A stretch of DNA of 64,000 nt, from contig CAWBMV010000016.1 of the NCBI GenBank assembly GCA_963789955.1, positions 1 through 64,000 on the forward strand. The letters run 5' to 3'. The notes under the pieces were generated by a model that was not told where the DNA came from, ran no database searches, and was given only the letters and a program-made list of their open reading frames with translations. The DNA comes from an uncultured Candidatus Rokubacteria bacterium. GTDB taxonomy: Bacteria; Methylomirabilota; Methylomirabilia; Rokubacteriales; CSP1-6. Below are positions 10,316 through 26,211 of this stretch, piece by piece; position 1 is the stretch's first letter; each line of letters opens with the position of its first letter. Position numbers and translations under genes: made by a program.

Positions 10316-11008
10316 TCATGGTCCGACGCTTTGAACGACTCCGGACCAGAGCTCGAATAATTCAAGCCCCGGATCGTTGATCTCGCGCGCGGCCGTGTGG
10401 ACCATCACGAGCTTCGACTTCGGGTCAACCAGTATGGCCTGTCCGCGCAACCCCAACAGCGCGAACCGCCGCTCCGGGCCGGGCAGGATCCACGTCGGGT
10501 ACCCGTAGCCAAAGCGCCCCTGGAGCTTCCCCGGGCGAACTGTGCGGCCCGGGGCGTGGTCGCCTCGCGAACCCACGCGCCGGGAATAAGCGGTCGGCCG
10601 TCGAGCATGCCGTCGTTCGCGAGCACCATGCCGAGCCGCGCGTAGTCCCGCACCCTGGCGTTGACGCCGATGAACGCGACTTCGTAGCCTCCCTTGTCGA
10701 GGATCCAGGCCGCGTCGGCCTCGGCGCCCATCGGTTGCCAGATCTTTTCCGAGAGATAGTTGGCGAGCGGTTTCCCCGTCGCAGCTCGCAGCGCCAGCCC
10801 GAGCACCTGTGTCTCCGCCGACGAGTAATGAAACCGCTCGCCCGGCGCGCGCTCGCGCATGCGGAACGCCGCGACCGTCGCGGCGCCGCCCTCGCTGTCT
10901 TACAGCGCCGAAAGTCTGAAGAGCGTCGCGAGTCCGCTATTGTCGCCGTAGCCCTCGGCGAACTGCACGCCGGAGGCCATCATCAGGAGATGACGAAGCG
11001 AGGTCTGA
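10316..11008 (-). pseudogene. Serine hydrolase (beta-lactamase/NylB-like), 5'-truncated and disrupted
   Basis: LRHLLMMASG, FHYSSAETQVLG, IWQPMGAE, RDYARLG, GYGY, GLRGQ; no SxxK N-terminus. Confidence 0.75.
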
Positions 11009-11012
11009 CCGC

Positions 11013-12137
11013 ATGCTCGTCGGGATTGCGCTGGCCGAACGCAGGATCCAGGACTCAGACATCTACTGGATCTCGTACAACGGCTCTGACGGCCGGCGCG
11101 TGCGCGAGAGCACGCGTACGACCGACAAGGAGGCCGCAAAGCGCCTCCTGAAGGACCGCGAGGGCCGCGCCGCACGGGGCGAGGTCCTCCTGCCGCGCGT
11201 CGATCGAATCACGTACGACGAAGCGCGGGCCGACCTGCTCAAGTTCTACAAGACCTACGAGACGCGCGACACCGGAGAGGCCGAGACGCGACTGAAGCAT
11301 CTCGACGCGTTCTTCTCGAAGCGCCGGCTCGTCACGATCACCCCAGACGTCGTGACGTCGTACGCCGACGAGCGGCGGGCCGAGAGGAAGGATGCGGAAG
11401 GCGGCACGCTCCCCGGAGCCGCCAACGGGACCATCAACCGCGAGCTAGAGACCCTGAGCAAGATGCTCCGACTCGCGTATAAGAACGGGAAGCTCACGCG
11501 GCTGCCGTTCGTCGAGAAGCTGGCCGAGGCCCCGCCGCGCGCGGGGTTCGTCACCCGTGAGCAGTTCGACACGATCCGCAAGCGCCTGCCTGACGAACTT
11601 CGGGCGGCGATGACTGTCGCCTATACGTTCGGCTGGCGGAAGCGCGAGGTTCTCGACCTGAAGAAGCACCAATACAGTTCGCAGGACGGGACACTCCGCC
11701 TCGACCCCGGGACTACCAAGAACGGCGAGGGCCGGGTCGTGAAGGTCACGGCGGAGCTACGAGCGCTACTCGATGCCCAGGTCGCGCGGGTCCGCAATAT
11801 CGAACGGAAAGTCGAGCGTGTGATTCCCTGGCTCTTCCCTCACCTGGAGGGCGCGCTCGCCGGGCAGCGGATTTCCGACCCACGGAAGGCCTGGGAGTCG
11901 GCCTGTAAGGCCGCTGGCCTGCCTGGTCTCCTGATTCACGACCTGCGGCGCTCGGCGGTCAGGAACATGGAGCAGGCCGGGGTTCCGCGCTCGGTCGCCA
12001 TGAAGCTGACAGGCCACAAGACCGAGAACGTCTACCGGCGGTACGCGATCGTGAGCGAGGCCGACCTGGACAGCGCGGCGGTGAGGTTGGCCGAGGCCGC
12101 GTCACGTTCTGTGTCACGTTCAGCGGCCCCGGCCTGA
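11013..12137 (+). CDS. Tyrosine recombinase / phage-type integrase
   Basis: GWRKRE (R), TKNGEGR (K), HDLRR (HxxR), TGHKT, RYAIV (Y); ends about 30 bp from the tRNA 3' end. Confidence 0.93.
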   Translation: MLVGIALAERRIQDSDIYWISYNGSDGRRVRESTRTTDKEAAKRLLKDREGRAARGEVLLPRVDRITYDEARADLLKFYKTYETRDTGEAETRLKHLDAFFSKRRLVTITPDVVTSYADERRAERKDAEGGTLPGAANGTINRELETLSKMLRLAYKNGKLTRLPFVEKLAEAPPRAGFVTREQFDTIRKRLPDELRAAMTVAYTFGWRKREVLDLKKHQYSSQDGTLRLDPGTTKNGEGRVVKVTAELRALLDAQVARVRNIERKVERVIPWLFPHLEGALAGQRISDPRKAWESACKAAGLPGLLIHDLRRSAVRNMEQAGVPRSVAMKLTGHKTENVYRRYAIVSEADLDSAAVRLAEAASRSVSRSAAPA

Positions 12138-12166
12138 AATACTGCTCTACAACCTCGCGACTTCAC

Positions 12167-12243
<77 letters not shown>

Positions 12244-12254
12244 ATGACTTCCGA

Positions 12255-12283
12255 AGGGTACCCGACCCCAGCGAACCTGTCAA
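12255..12283 (-). promoter_or_regulatory. Putative sigma70 promoter for tRNA-fMet
   Basis: TTGACA-17 nt-TACCCT, 11 nt upstream of the tRNA. Confidence 0.6.
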
Positions 12284-12296
12284 CAACATGAGCCCT

Positions 12297-13803
12297 TTAC
12301 GCCCGCGACGAGCGCGCCACGTACCCATACCGCGCGTTCGTCCGCGCGCCGCCGGCGGCCAGGTACTCCGCCTTGATCGCGGCGATCTTGTCCGTGGTGA
12401 TCCCGTGCTGGGCGATCTTCGGCTTCAGGTTGTAGAGCCGCGCCGTGTTGCCGCTGAAGATCGCCTTCTTCACCGGGCCGTCCGCCGGCCCGAGCGGCTT
12501 GAAGCCGTGCTTCTTCTGCATGTCCTCGGGGATCTCGAGCCGCCGCATCGCCTCGATCTGCCACTGGGGCGAGCCGTACCAGAGTGAGTCCGTGCCCCAG
12601 ATGACGTGGTCGGCGCCGAGCCCCTTGACTAAGCGTGCCGATGAAGGCCGCGGCGAAGCGCGGGTTGGCGACGGCGGCCGTCGCGAAGGCAGTGCCGACC
12701 TCACCGTAGACGTTCTTCACGCCGAACTTGGCGGGGATCTCGGCCAGATCGGTCGCCCACTTGATGCGGCCGGTCTGCTCGAACTCGGCGAGCGCCGCGT
12801 CGGGCTTCTCGAGGAACGGGCGAAGCGCGCCGTGGTACATGATGAAGTTGAGCTTCGGCCAGTCCTTCGCGGCCTTGCCCACGTCCCACACCGTCGCGTA
12901 CTCCCACACCTTCGGCCAGGACGTCTCGTAGTCGGCCGGCAGCAGGCCCTTGTGGATGCAGATGGTCGTGATGTTCGACTTCACGGCCTTCTCGTAGAAC
13001 GGGTAGACGAGCTTCTCGTCGTCGAGCCACCAGTACGACTCGAGCTTGGACGGGAACAGCGGATCGCCGATCGTGTAGCCCTTCCAGCTGTCCGGCTTGA
13101 GCGTCGAGATCGCGCGGTCGACGACGTCCATCCATCCGTCCTTCTTCGGCGTGAACACGGCGTGGCCGAGAAGCCGGCGCGACCCGGCGAACTTGTTGAT
13201 GGAGTGGCGGGCCGCCGCGATCTGATCGTTGGTCAGAAGATCCCAGCTCGGGTCGTCGAACGGAGCGCCCGAGAGCAGCGCCACCTTGGTGTCGCTGTCG
13301 ACGAAGATCTCCTTCACGTAGTTCTCGAACTTGTAGCGCGCCAGGTTGTTCTCGCCCCACAGGACGGGGTTCCAGTTCTGCTTGGCGTACTTCGCGAGGT
13401 CGAGCAGCCCCGCCTGGTTGAAGTCGTCGCGCACGAAGTGCGTCTGCGCGTCCACGATGAACTGGCCCGAGAGCGCCTGGGCGCGCATGTCGGCGACACC
13501 CGGCGTGGCCGCCTCGGCGCGGCTCACCTCCCAGACCGGGCCGAACACGTCGTTCATCGCGATGAAGGCGGCCGCCATCCCGGCGCTCGTGGCCAGGAAT
13601 TTGCGGCGGCTCAGGCCGTGCTTCGGAGCGAGATCGGCGGCGAGCTGCGACACCCGGGCCTCGACGCGGCGTTGCTCCGGGGTCTGGGGCAGCGGGTTAT
13701 ATTCGCCGTTCGAGACGATCTGGGTCGGAATCGGCCCTCGAAACGCCGCGATTTCGGCTGGTGCGGTGCGCTCGAGCTCCGCGTCGCTGAGATAGTGCGG
13801 CAT
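12297..13803 (-). CDS. Amidohydrolase family protein (one indel near 12640)
   Basis: IVDAQTH, WKGYT, ICIHKG, IMYH, VIWGTDSLWYGSPQWQIEA. Confidence 0.8.
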
Positions 13804-13947
13804 CACGCGCCTCCCTCTTCGGTGAGAGCCCCGGAGACTCGCCTTGTCCCTCCTCGTCACTGAGCGCGGGCCCGGGGAGCCCGCGATGGGGACCCGGGCG
13901 ACGAATATCGCTGTCGGCGACGGCGAAGTCAAGGCGCGGCGCGACCG

Positions 13948-15197
<1,250 letters not shown>

Positions 15198-15201
<4 letters not shown>

Positions 15202-16229
15202 CGCGCACTCCGCTCGAGCTCCGCCGTGTAGGCGCCCGCGCGCGCCGCGCTGTTGCAGCGCGCCCGGTGGCGGAACTCGCGTTGCCCGTCTTCGACCCGC
15301 GTCGCGTCGCCGCGCCACGCCGCCAGCGGCGCGGCCTGCAGCGCTCGCGCGAACGAAAAGCTGAGAGGCCAGGGCGCGGGCTCTGGAAGACGATTCATCG
15401 CGTTGAGGTGGGCCGTCGCAAGCTCGTCCGACTGGCCGCCCGAGAGGAACACGATTCCGGGCACCGCGGCGGGGACCGTGCGGCGCAGACATCGTACGGT
15501 TGCCTGCGCCACGGCCTCGACCGGTGCCTTGGGAGCCGACGCGCCGGGCAATACCATGCTCGGCTTCAGGAGCATTCCTTCCAGCAGGACCTTGTGCTCC
15601 CACAGCGCGTGGAAGACCGTGTGCAGCGTGGCCTCGGTCACCTCGAAGCACCGCTCGATCGAGTGTCCGCCGTCCATCAGCACCTCGGGCTCGACGATCG
15701 GAACGATCTCGGCCTCCTGGCACAACGCGGCGTAGCGCGCGAGCGCCGAGGCGTTGATCTCGAGAGCGAGCCGCGTGGGCGTACGGCCGTCGTCGCCGAT
15801 CGCGATCACCGCCCGCCACTTGGCGAACCGCGCCCCGAGCTGTTTGTACTCGGCGAGGCGCTCGCGAAGTCCGTCGAGTCCCTCGGTCACCTGGTCGCCC
15901 GGCGAGCCCTCCAGCGGCTTGGTCCCGCGATCCACCTTGATCCCGGGGATGATGCTCTCGTCGACCAGCACGTTGACGAAAGAGCGTCCGTCGTCGGCGG
16001 CCTGGCGAATGGTCTCGTCGAACAGAATCACGCCGCTGATGTACTCGCCGATGCCTTTGGTGGCCAGGAGCATCTGGCGGTAACGCCGGCGGTTGTCCTC
16101 GCTGTTGGCGATCCCGAGCGGCTCGAAGCGCCGACCGATCGTGGCGTGGCTCTCGTCCGCTGCAAGGATCCCCTTACCCGGCGCCACCAGCGCGCGTGCC
16201 GTCCCTTCCAGAGTCGTCGTCGCCATCAC
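15198..16229 (-). CDS. Fructose-bisphosphate aldolase class I
   Basis: GKGILAADES, FAKWRAV, IVEPEV, LLKP (Schiff-base Lys), FLSGGQ. Confidence 0.93.
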
Positions 16230-16407
16230 TTGCGCCTCCTTCTCGCCACTCCAGCGTACCGAGTCAGGCTAGCCCCTCCCAGGAATGGAAGTGGGCTGCG
16301 GTCAGAGCCGGGCTTGGGGCGCGACGTCGGGATCCGCGAGGTCCACTGGGCGATCGGCAAGAACCAATTTGGTTGAGCTATTCAAGAACGCGGCCGCCGA
16401 ACGCCGA

Positions 16408-17929
16408 TCAGCTCTGGCGGACGACTCGGTTGGTCTTCACCGGCTCGAATCGACCGGTCCGGGCGATCGACCACAGCACGCGCCAGGCACCGCGCGTGGC
16501 GAGCAGCCAGTAGGTCTGGCAGCGGAAGATGCCCCAGAACTTCGCCTTCAGGGTGGTGCGGGCGACGTTGACGTGCCGAGGGAAATGCGGGGTGAGGCTC
16601 TCGATCAAATCCTGCGTGACGATCCCGCCCACCCAGATGGTCAGGCCGAGCGAGATCGACGGAAACGCCACGCCGATCAGGAACCAGACCGGGTGATACG
16701 AGAACCGGTAGGCCAGATGCCAGCCGAGGAATCCGAGCACCGGATAGACGACGGCGGCGATCGGCCACTCGATCACCTTGTTGCCGACGTGGCGGGCCAG
16801 CTGGGCGAAGTTGTAGGGCGTCGGCCGCGCGCGCCACACACCGCGGAGAAACGCGACGTCGTCGAGCACGCCCTTGTACCAGCGCGCGTTCTGGCGAATC
16901 ATGCCGGCGTTCGTCTCGGGCATGTCGACCAGCTCCAGCAAGCGGCATCGCCGCCATGAGCACGCCGCGCGCGCCCAGCGCGTAGCCCAGGGTCGAATCT
17001 TCGGTCGCGCCCGAGGTCGGAAAGCCGCCGAGACCCTGCAAGACGTCGAGCCGCACGAACTGGTTATGACCGAGGCAGATCTGCGAGCGGCGGAAGCACA
17101 GCTCGAAGATCGGCCGGAGCACGCGGCCCAGGCGCGGCGCGCGCGCCTGAAGGCGCGCGAACGCCTCGATGCGCCGGCGCTCGTTGATCAGACGCGCGAT
17201 CGACACGCGGATGAAGATCGATGACTGCTGCACGGCGCACACGCGGCCCCGCACGCCGAGCCGGTCGAAGTTGGCCAGGGAGAGCGTGACGCCCTGATAG
17301 GCGAGCCGGCCGCGGTTCGCCGCCAGATCCGCGGCGATCCAGCGATACGCGTTCGGGTCGGGGATCGAGTCGGCGTCGCTGAGCCCGATCCAGACGCGCG
17401 CCGGGTCGTACCGCAGATCGAGCAGCGGCTTGAGCACCTCGGGTCGCAGCGCCCAGTTGAGCTGGTGCGCCTTTCTTCCCTCGCCCGGCAGCGCGACGAG
17501 CGTGAGCATCTTCTGCTGCCAGGGCGGCAGGCTCTCGCGGAAGCGACGCACGAGCTCGGCGGTCGAGACTCCCATCGCCGGATCGGGCTCGCGCTCCTCG
17601 TCCTCACGGGTCGCGACGACGACGTGGAGCTTGGCGTGGGGATAGCGCGAGTCGAGCAGCGCCCGCAACGTGGTCGCGATCTCGGGCTCCTGCCACGCGG
17701 GCACCAGGTGCACGAAGCTCGGCGCGGCCTGGTCGCGCTCGAGCGCCGCCTCGTCCGGCAGCGTGTCGAGCGCTTCGTACGCGTGCTCGACGAAGCGGCA
17801 CGTGGTGAGCATGCCCTTCCAGTCGAGCAGGAGCTTGAAGGCCGCACGGCCGTTGGCGAGCAGGGCCAGCCAGAACATCACGAACCAGAACCATCCGGCG
17901 CCCCAGAACCAGGCCCAGAACGCGTCCAT
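16408..17929 (-). CDS. Membrane glycosyltransferase family 2 (indel near 16940)
   Basis: VPAWQE, KAHQLN, DADS, TED, QNARW motif (QxxRW), TM helices. Confidence 0.8.
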
Positions 17930-17936
17930 GTGGAAC

Positions 17937-20426
<2,490 letters not shown>

Positions 20427-20430
<4 letters not shown>

Positions 20431-20666
20431 TGGTCTCGCTCGGGCTCCCAGGCGAACGGGCGGGCGCCGAGGGCGCCGCTCTCGTCCTTGGCGAGCACCT
20501 CGATGCGCTTCTCGGCGTCCTCGAGGTAGCGGGCACAGCTTCGCGCCAGGCCGATGCCCTCCTCGAAGATCTTCAGCGACTCCTCGAGCGGCAGATTGCC
20601 CGTCTCGAGCCGGCCCACGATCTGCTCGAGCCGCGCCAGACAGTCCTCAAACTTGAGGTCGGTCAT
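20427..20666 (-). CDS. xseB: Exodeoxyribonuclease VII small subunit
   Basis: [26 protein letters not shown]. Confidence 0.95.
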
Positions 20667-21936
20667 CCTGCTCCCTCGTCTCGGTCACGCGCGCGTCGAG
20701 GCTTCCGCGCTGCAGCAGCACGCGAATGGCGTCACCGACGCGCACCTGCGCCGGGCTGTGCACGATGTCGCCCGCCGGCGTGCGCGTCAGGCTGTAGCCG
20801 CGGCCGAGCACCGCCAGCGGCGACAGCGAATCGAGGCGGCCGACGGCGGTCCGCAGTGCGGCGTGCGCGCGATCACGCCGTCGGTGGAGCAGCGTGATCA
20901 TCCGCGACTGCAGATTCTCCAGCCGATGGCGGTCGCCGGCGAGCCGCGCGACGGGGTCCGACGCGCGAAGCGCTCGGGTCGCCAGCACGACGCGATGATG
21001 GGCGCGCCCGACTTCGTTGCGCATCTCACGGCGCAGGCGGGCGGTCAGCTCGTCCACTCGACGCTCGAGATCGCGCAACGGCCGCGCGGCGAATCGCTCC
21101 AGGCGCGCGCGCAGCTGCGCGAGACTGTCGACCACCGCCTGCTTCTCCCGCACGACCAGCTCGGCCGCCGCCGAGGGCGTGGGCGCGCGCAGGTCGGCGA
21201 CGAAGTCGGCGATCGTGAAGTCCACCTCGTGGCCGACCGCCGACACGACCGGCACCTTCGAGGCGGCGATCGCGCGGGCGACCGCTTCCTCGTTGAAGGC
21301 CCAGAGGTCCTCGAGCGAGCCGCCGCCGCGGCCGACGATGATCACGTCGACGCCGCCGAGCGCGTTCAGGTCGCGGAGTCCCTGCGCGATCTCCTCGGCC
21401 GCGCCGTCACCCTGGACCCGGCACGGCGCGATCACGATGTGGAGATCGCCGAAGCGCCGGCCGATCACGCGCAGGATGTCCCGGATCGCGGCGCCGCTGG
21501 GCGAGGTCACGACGCCGATCTTCCGCGGGAATCGCGGCAGCTCGCGCTTGCGCGCCGGCTCGAAGAGCCCTTCGGCCTGCAGCCGCGCCTTCAGCTGCTC
21601 GAACGCCAGCTGCAGGGCGCCGAGCCCTTTCGGCTCCAGCAGCTCGATGACCATCTGGTACTCGCCCCGCTGCGGGTAGACCTCGATGCTGCCGAACGCC
21701 ATCACGTGCAGGCCGTCGGCGGGCTCGAACTTGATCCGGCGGCCGCGATTGCGGAAGAGCACGGCGCGAATCTGGGACTCGGCGTCCTTCAGGGTGAAGT
21801 ACGCGTGACCCGAGCCGTACACACGATAGTTCGAGATCTCGCCTTCGACCCACACCGCCGGAAAGCGCTCCTCGAGGACTTCTTGCAGGCGTCTCGTCAG
21901 CTCGGAGACGCTCAACACCGCGCGGGCCGTGCTCAT
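20647..21936 (-). CDS. xseA: Exodeoxyribonuclease VII large subunit
   Basis: [48 protein letters not shown]. Confidence 0.95.
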   Translation of the reverse strand: MSTARAVLSVSELTRRLQEVLEERFPAVWVEGEISNYRVYGSGHAYFTLKDAESQIRAVLFRNRGRRIKFEPADGLHVMAFGSIEVYPQRGEYQMVIELLEPKGLGALQLAFEQLKARLQAEGLFEPARKRELPRFPRKIGVVTSPSGAAIRDILRVIGRRFGDLHIVIAPCRVQGDGAAEEIAQGLRDLNALGGVDVIIVGRGGGSLEDLWAFNEEAVARAIAASKVPVVSAVGHEVDFTIADFVADLRAPTPSAAAELVVREKQAVVDSLAQLRARLERFAARPLRDLERRVDELTARLRREMRNEVGRAHHRVVLATRALRASDPVARLAGDRHRLENLQSRMITLLHRRRDRAHAALRTAVGRLDSLSPLAVLGRGYSLTRTPAGDIVHSPAQVRVGDAIRVLLQRGSLDARVTETREQDDRPQV

Positions 21937-22785
21937 GCCGCGCCCAGCTGGCGCTCGGCCGCGCGCAGGGTGTTGCGCAGGAGCATCGCGATCGTCATCG
22001 GTCCCACCCCGCCGGGCACCGGCGTGACCGCGCGGGCCCGCGCCGCGACGCTCTCGAACTCGACGTCGCCGGCGAGCTTGCCGGTCTCCAGGCGATTGAT
22101 CCCGACGTCGATCACCCAGGCGCCGTCCTTCACCATGTCGCCGGTCACGGTGCGCGGGCGTCCGGCCGCGACGCACAGCACGTCGGCCCGGCGCGTGTGC
22201 GCGGCGAGATCGCGCGTGCGCGTGTGGCACATCGTGACGGTCGCGTGGCGCGCGAGCAGGAGCTGGGCGAGCGGCTTGCCGACCAGACGCGAGCGGCCGA
22301 TCACGACGGCCTCGGCGCCCTTGAGGTCGCAGCCGTAGTGGTCGAGGATCTCGAGGCAGCCGGCCGGCGTGCACGGCACGACGCTCGGCGTGCCGGCCAG
22401 CAAGTGTCCGAGATTGGTCGGGTGCAGGCCGTCGGCATCCTTCTCGGGCGCGATCGCCGCGATCGCCTCGTCCTCGTCGAGCCCGGCCGGCAGCGGCAGC
22501 TGCAGCAGGATCGCGTGGATCTTCGGGATCGGCGTTGAGCCGCCGGAGCAGCGCCAGCAGCGACGCGCGGTCGAGCCCCTCCGGATGGATGTGGTCCTGC
22601 GAGGCGATCCCCACGGTGTCGGCGGCGCGCTTCTTGTTGGCGACGTAGACCTTCGACGGCGCGAAATCACCGACGAGGACGACGGCGAGAGTCGGGACGA
22701 CGCCGGCGCGGTCCGTGAGGCGCACGACTCCCGCGCGCACGTCGTCCAGCACCTTCTGGGCTACGACTTTGCCGTCGAGGATCAA
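21933..22785 (-). CDS. folD: Methylenetetrahydrofolate dehydrogenase/cyclohydrolase (indel near 22525)
   Basis: [40 protein letters not shown]. Confidence 0.93.
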
Positions 22786-23558
22786 GCCGCGACGCGGAGC
22801 CGGCGAATGGACGTCGCGCGGCCGGTCTCGGGCTCGACTGCGATCACGACTCCCTGCAGGGCCGCGGGGCCTTTGGCGGTCTCGAAGCGAATCGGCATCT
22901 GGTTGAGGAAGCGCTGGATGATCTGATCGCGGTCCACGCCGATCACGCCGTCGGTCGGCCCGGTGAGACCGAGATCCGTGATGTAGGCGGTGCCGCCCGG
23001 CAGCACGCGCTCGTCGGCCGTCTGCACGTGGCGGTGCGTTCCCACGACCGCGCTCGCACGGCCGTCGAGATACCAGCCCATCGCGAGCGATTCCGACGTC
23101 GCCTCGCAGTGCATGTCGACCAGGATGATCGGCGTCTCTTTGCGCAGCTCGGGCACGATCTCGTCGGCCTTCCGGAACGGGCAGTCGATCGGCAGCATGA
23201 AGACGCGGCCCATCAGGTTCAGCACCGCCACCTTGTGGGGCCCGGTCTTGACGGTGACGTACCCCACCCCCGGCGTCCCCGCCGGAAAGTTCGCGGGACG
23301 CAGCAGGAGGTTTTCCTTGGTGATGTACTCGACGATCTCGCGCTTGTCCCAGATGTGGTTGCCCGACGTCATCACGTCGGCGCCGGCCTCGAGCACCTGG
23401 CGGGCGATCGCGGCGGTCACGCCGAAGCCGCCCGCGGAATTCTCGACGTTGACGACCGCGAAGTCGATCGCGTGCTCCTGGCGCAGGCGCGGCAGAAGCT
23501 TCGCGATCGCCTGCCGGCCCGGCTCGCCGTAGACGTCGCCGACCATCAGGATGTTCAT
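22782..23558 (-). CDS. YmdB-like metallophosphoesterase (TIGR00282 type)
   Basis: GDVYG, NVENSAGG, SGNHIWD, DMHCEATSE, GTHRH; downstream of rny. Confidence 0.92.
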   Translation of the reverse strand: MNILMVGDVYGEPGRQAIAKLLPRLRQEHAIDFAVVNVENSAGGFGVTAAIARQVLEAGADVMTSGNHIWDKREIVEYITKENLLLRPANFPAGTPGVGYVTVKTGPHKVAVLNLMGRVFMLPIDCPFRKADEIVPELRKETPIILVDMHCEATSESLAMGWYLDGRASAVVGTHRHVQTADERVLPGGTAYITDLGLTGPTDGVIGVDRDQIIQRFLNQMPIRFETAKGPAALQGVVIAVEPETGRATSIRRLRVAA

Positions 23559-23564
23559 GACCGG

Positions 23565-25125
23565 CTACTTCGCCACTTCGACGGCGCGGGTCTCTCGGAT
23601 GACGATCACTTTGATGTGACCGGGGTACTGCATCTCGGCTTCGATGCGCTTGCTGATGTCCTTGGCGAGCTGGTGGGCGTCGAGGTCGGAGATGATGTCG
23701 GCCTTCGTCATCACGCGCAGCTCGCGGCCGGCCTGGATCGCGTAGCACATCTCGACACCCTTGTACGACAGCGCGATCTCCTCGAGCTTGGCCAGCCGCT
23801 TGATGTAGGACTCGAGCACGTCACGACGGGCGCCCGGCCGCGCCGCCGAGATGCCGTCGGCGGCCTCGACCAGCACGGCCTCGACCGTCTCGGGCTCGAC
23901 GTTCTCGTGGCCGCAGAGGGCCGCGTTGATGACCTTCGCCGACTCGTTGTACTTGGTCAGCACCTGCAGCGAGAGCTCGGGGTGGCTCCCCTCCTGCTCG
24001 TGCGTGAGCGCCTTGCCGATGTCGTGCAGGAGCCCCATGCGCTTGGCGAGCTTGACGTCGGCCTTCACCTCGGCGGCCATCATGCCGGCGAGCCAGGCGA
24101 CTTCCTTCGAGTGCTGCAAGCAGTTCTGGCCGTACGACGTCCGGAACTTCATCCGGCCGACCAGCTTGATCAGCTCGGGATGCAAACCGTGCACGCCGAC
24201 CTCGAAGCAGGCTTTGTCGCCTTCTTCCCTCAGATGCTGGTCCATCTCCTTCTTGATCTTCTCGACGACTTCCTCGATGCGCGCCGGATGGATGCGGCCG
24301 TCGGCGATCAGGACTTGCAGACTGCGCCGCGCGATCTCGCGCCGGTACGGATCGTACGCCGAGATCAGCACCGCCTCGGGCGTGTCGTCCACGATGAGGT
24401 CGACGCCGGTGTGCAGCTCGAGCGCCCGGATGTTGCGGCCTTCGCGGCCGATGATCCGGCCCTTCATGTCGTCGGAGGGAAGATCGACCACGGAGACCGC
24501 CGTCTCGACCGTGTAGTCCGGCGCGAGCCGCTGGATCGTCGTCGCGAGCACCTCGCGCGCCTTCACCTGCGCGGTCTCGCGCGCCTCCTCCTCGAGTCGC
24601 ATCGAGATCAGCTGCGCCTCACGCCGCGCCTCGGTCTCCATCTGCGCGAGGAGCTGGCGCTTGGCTTCCTCGGCCGTCAGGCTGGCGATCGACTCCAGCT
24701 TGCGCCGCTGCTCGTCGAGCGCCACCGCGAGGCGGCCTTCTTTCTCACCGACCGCCTTCTCGCGCCCGGTGAGCTCGCGATCCTTGCTGGTCGGATTCGT
24801 TGAGGCGGCGCTCGAGCTGGTCGAGCTTGCGCGCGAGCTCTTCTTCCTTCGAGAGCACGCGCTGCTCGATCTGCTGGATCTTGCCTTCGCGGTGCCGCGA
24901 TTCTTCCTCGAGCGCCGCGCGCGCCTTGAGCGAGGCCTCCTTGGCTTCGAGATCGGCGGTCTTCAGACGGTTGGCCGCGTCGCGCTCGGCATCACGAACG
25001 ATGCGCTCGGCGTGAGTCGATGCGTCTCCGATCTTCCGCTCGGTGATCCACTTGTGGAGGATGAAGCCGAGTACCAGGGCAAGGACCGCGATGATCGAGT
25101 CGGCAATGAGCCAAATCCCTTGCAT
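23565..25125 (-). CDS. rny: Ribonuclease Y (indels near 24745-24790)
   Basis: N-terminal TM helix, coiled coil, KH domain ([14 protein letters not shown]), HD domain (LLHDIGK), [12 protein letters not shown]. Confidence 0.95.
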
Positions 25126-25162
25126 TGCCGCAGTATAGGGGGCACTGAGCGAGGGAGTCAAA

Positions 25163-25341
25163 TCCCCGCCTCTGCCGTGTGCCGTGGTGTTTCGAACCTG
25201 GTATCACCAGGTGGGCGCCGTTAATTTAGAGGGCTTCAGGCTTCCCCTTCGAGAGGGGCTTGCACACGACCCTCGTTCACAGCTCCCCATTTGTTAACGA
25301 GGTTGAAACTTCCCGCCGGCATCACGAACAGCGCAGGGACA
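25163..25341 (-). ncRNA. ssrS: 6S RNA
   Basis: About 180-nt intergenic rod with complementary ends, internal GGGAGC, CCCACCTG and GGTTCGA segments, in the usual zapA/rny neighbourhood; TTGACG upstream at 25370-25375. Confidence 0.8.
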
Positions 25342-25440
25342 GTCCTTGGTACCCTACGGCTCGACGGCGCGTCAAGTTATTGTGCGCCGCCTCGCGACCG
25401 TATCGTCGACCACACACGTAGCTCTGGGAGAGCACCGACC

Positions 25441-26211
25441 ATGGAACGACCGAGCGTCAGATCCGAAACGCAGGGGGCCGTCACCACCATCATCCTCGAC
25501 CGTCCTGACCGGCGCAACGCGATCGACCGCCCGACCGGGAAGGCGCTGGCCGAGGCGTTTCGCGCGTTCGAGCGCGACAAGGCGACGCGCGTGGCGGTGC
25601 TGTGGGGCGCGAACGGAACCTTTTGTGCCGGCGCCGATCTGAAGGCGGTGGCCGCCGGGCCGAAGAAGCGGAAGATCACCTACGGCGACGGGCCGATGGG
25701 GCCGACGCGCATGCTCCTGACGAAGCCCGTGCTCGCCGCGGTCTCGGGTTATGCCGTCGCTGGAGGGTTCGAGCTGGCGCTCTGGTGCGATCTGCGTATC
25801 GTCGAGGAAGACGCGGTGATGGGCGTCTTCAACCGGCGCTGGGGCATCCCGCTGATCGACGGCGGGACGGTCCGCCTGCCCGCGCTGATCGGACTCGGGC
25901 GCGCGCTCGATCTGATCATGACCGGCCGGCCCGTGGACGCGCGCGAAGCCCTCGGCATCGGGCTGGCCAACCGCGTCGTGGCGCGCGGGCAGGCGCGTCA
26001 CGAAGCCGAAGCGCTCGCCGCCGCGATCGCGGCCTTCCCACCGTACAGCGTCCGCAGCGATCGTCGCTCGGCCGTCGAGTCGCTGGGCGCTCGCCTCCCC
26101 GCCGCGCTGCGTCGCGAGTACCAGATCGGCGCCGCCACGTTCAACACCGGCGAGAGCATCGCCGGCGCGCAACGCTTCGCGTCCGGCGCCGGCCGCCACG
26201 GAAAGTTCTGA
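25441..26211 (+). CDS. Enoyl-CoA hydratase/crotonase family protein
   Basis: RPDRRNAI, FCAGADLK, AVAGGFELALWCD, GIPLIDGGT. Confidence 0.9.
   Translation: MERPSVRSETQGAVTTIILDRPDRRNAIDRPTGKALAEAFRAFERDKATRVAVLWGANGTFCAGADLKAVAAGPKKRKITYGDGPMGPTRMLLTKPVLAAVSGYAVAGGFELALWCDLRIVEEDAVMGVFNRRWGIPLIDGGTVRLPALIGLGRALDLIMTGRPVDAREALGIGLANRVVARGQARHEAEALAAAIAAFPPYSVRSDRRSAVESLGARLPAALRREYQIGAATFNTGESIAGAQRFASGAGRHGKF

Noticed and set aside
20647..23748. 1033-aa ORF and other long Arg/Ala/Pro-rich ORFs in the track
   Set aside because: Shadow or frameshift read-through frames of high-GC genes (YmdB-like, folD, xseA)
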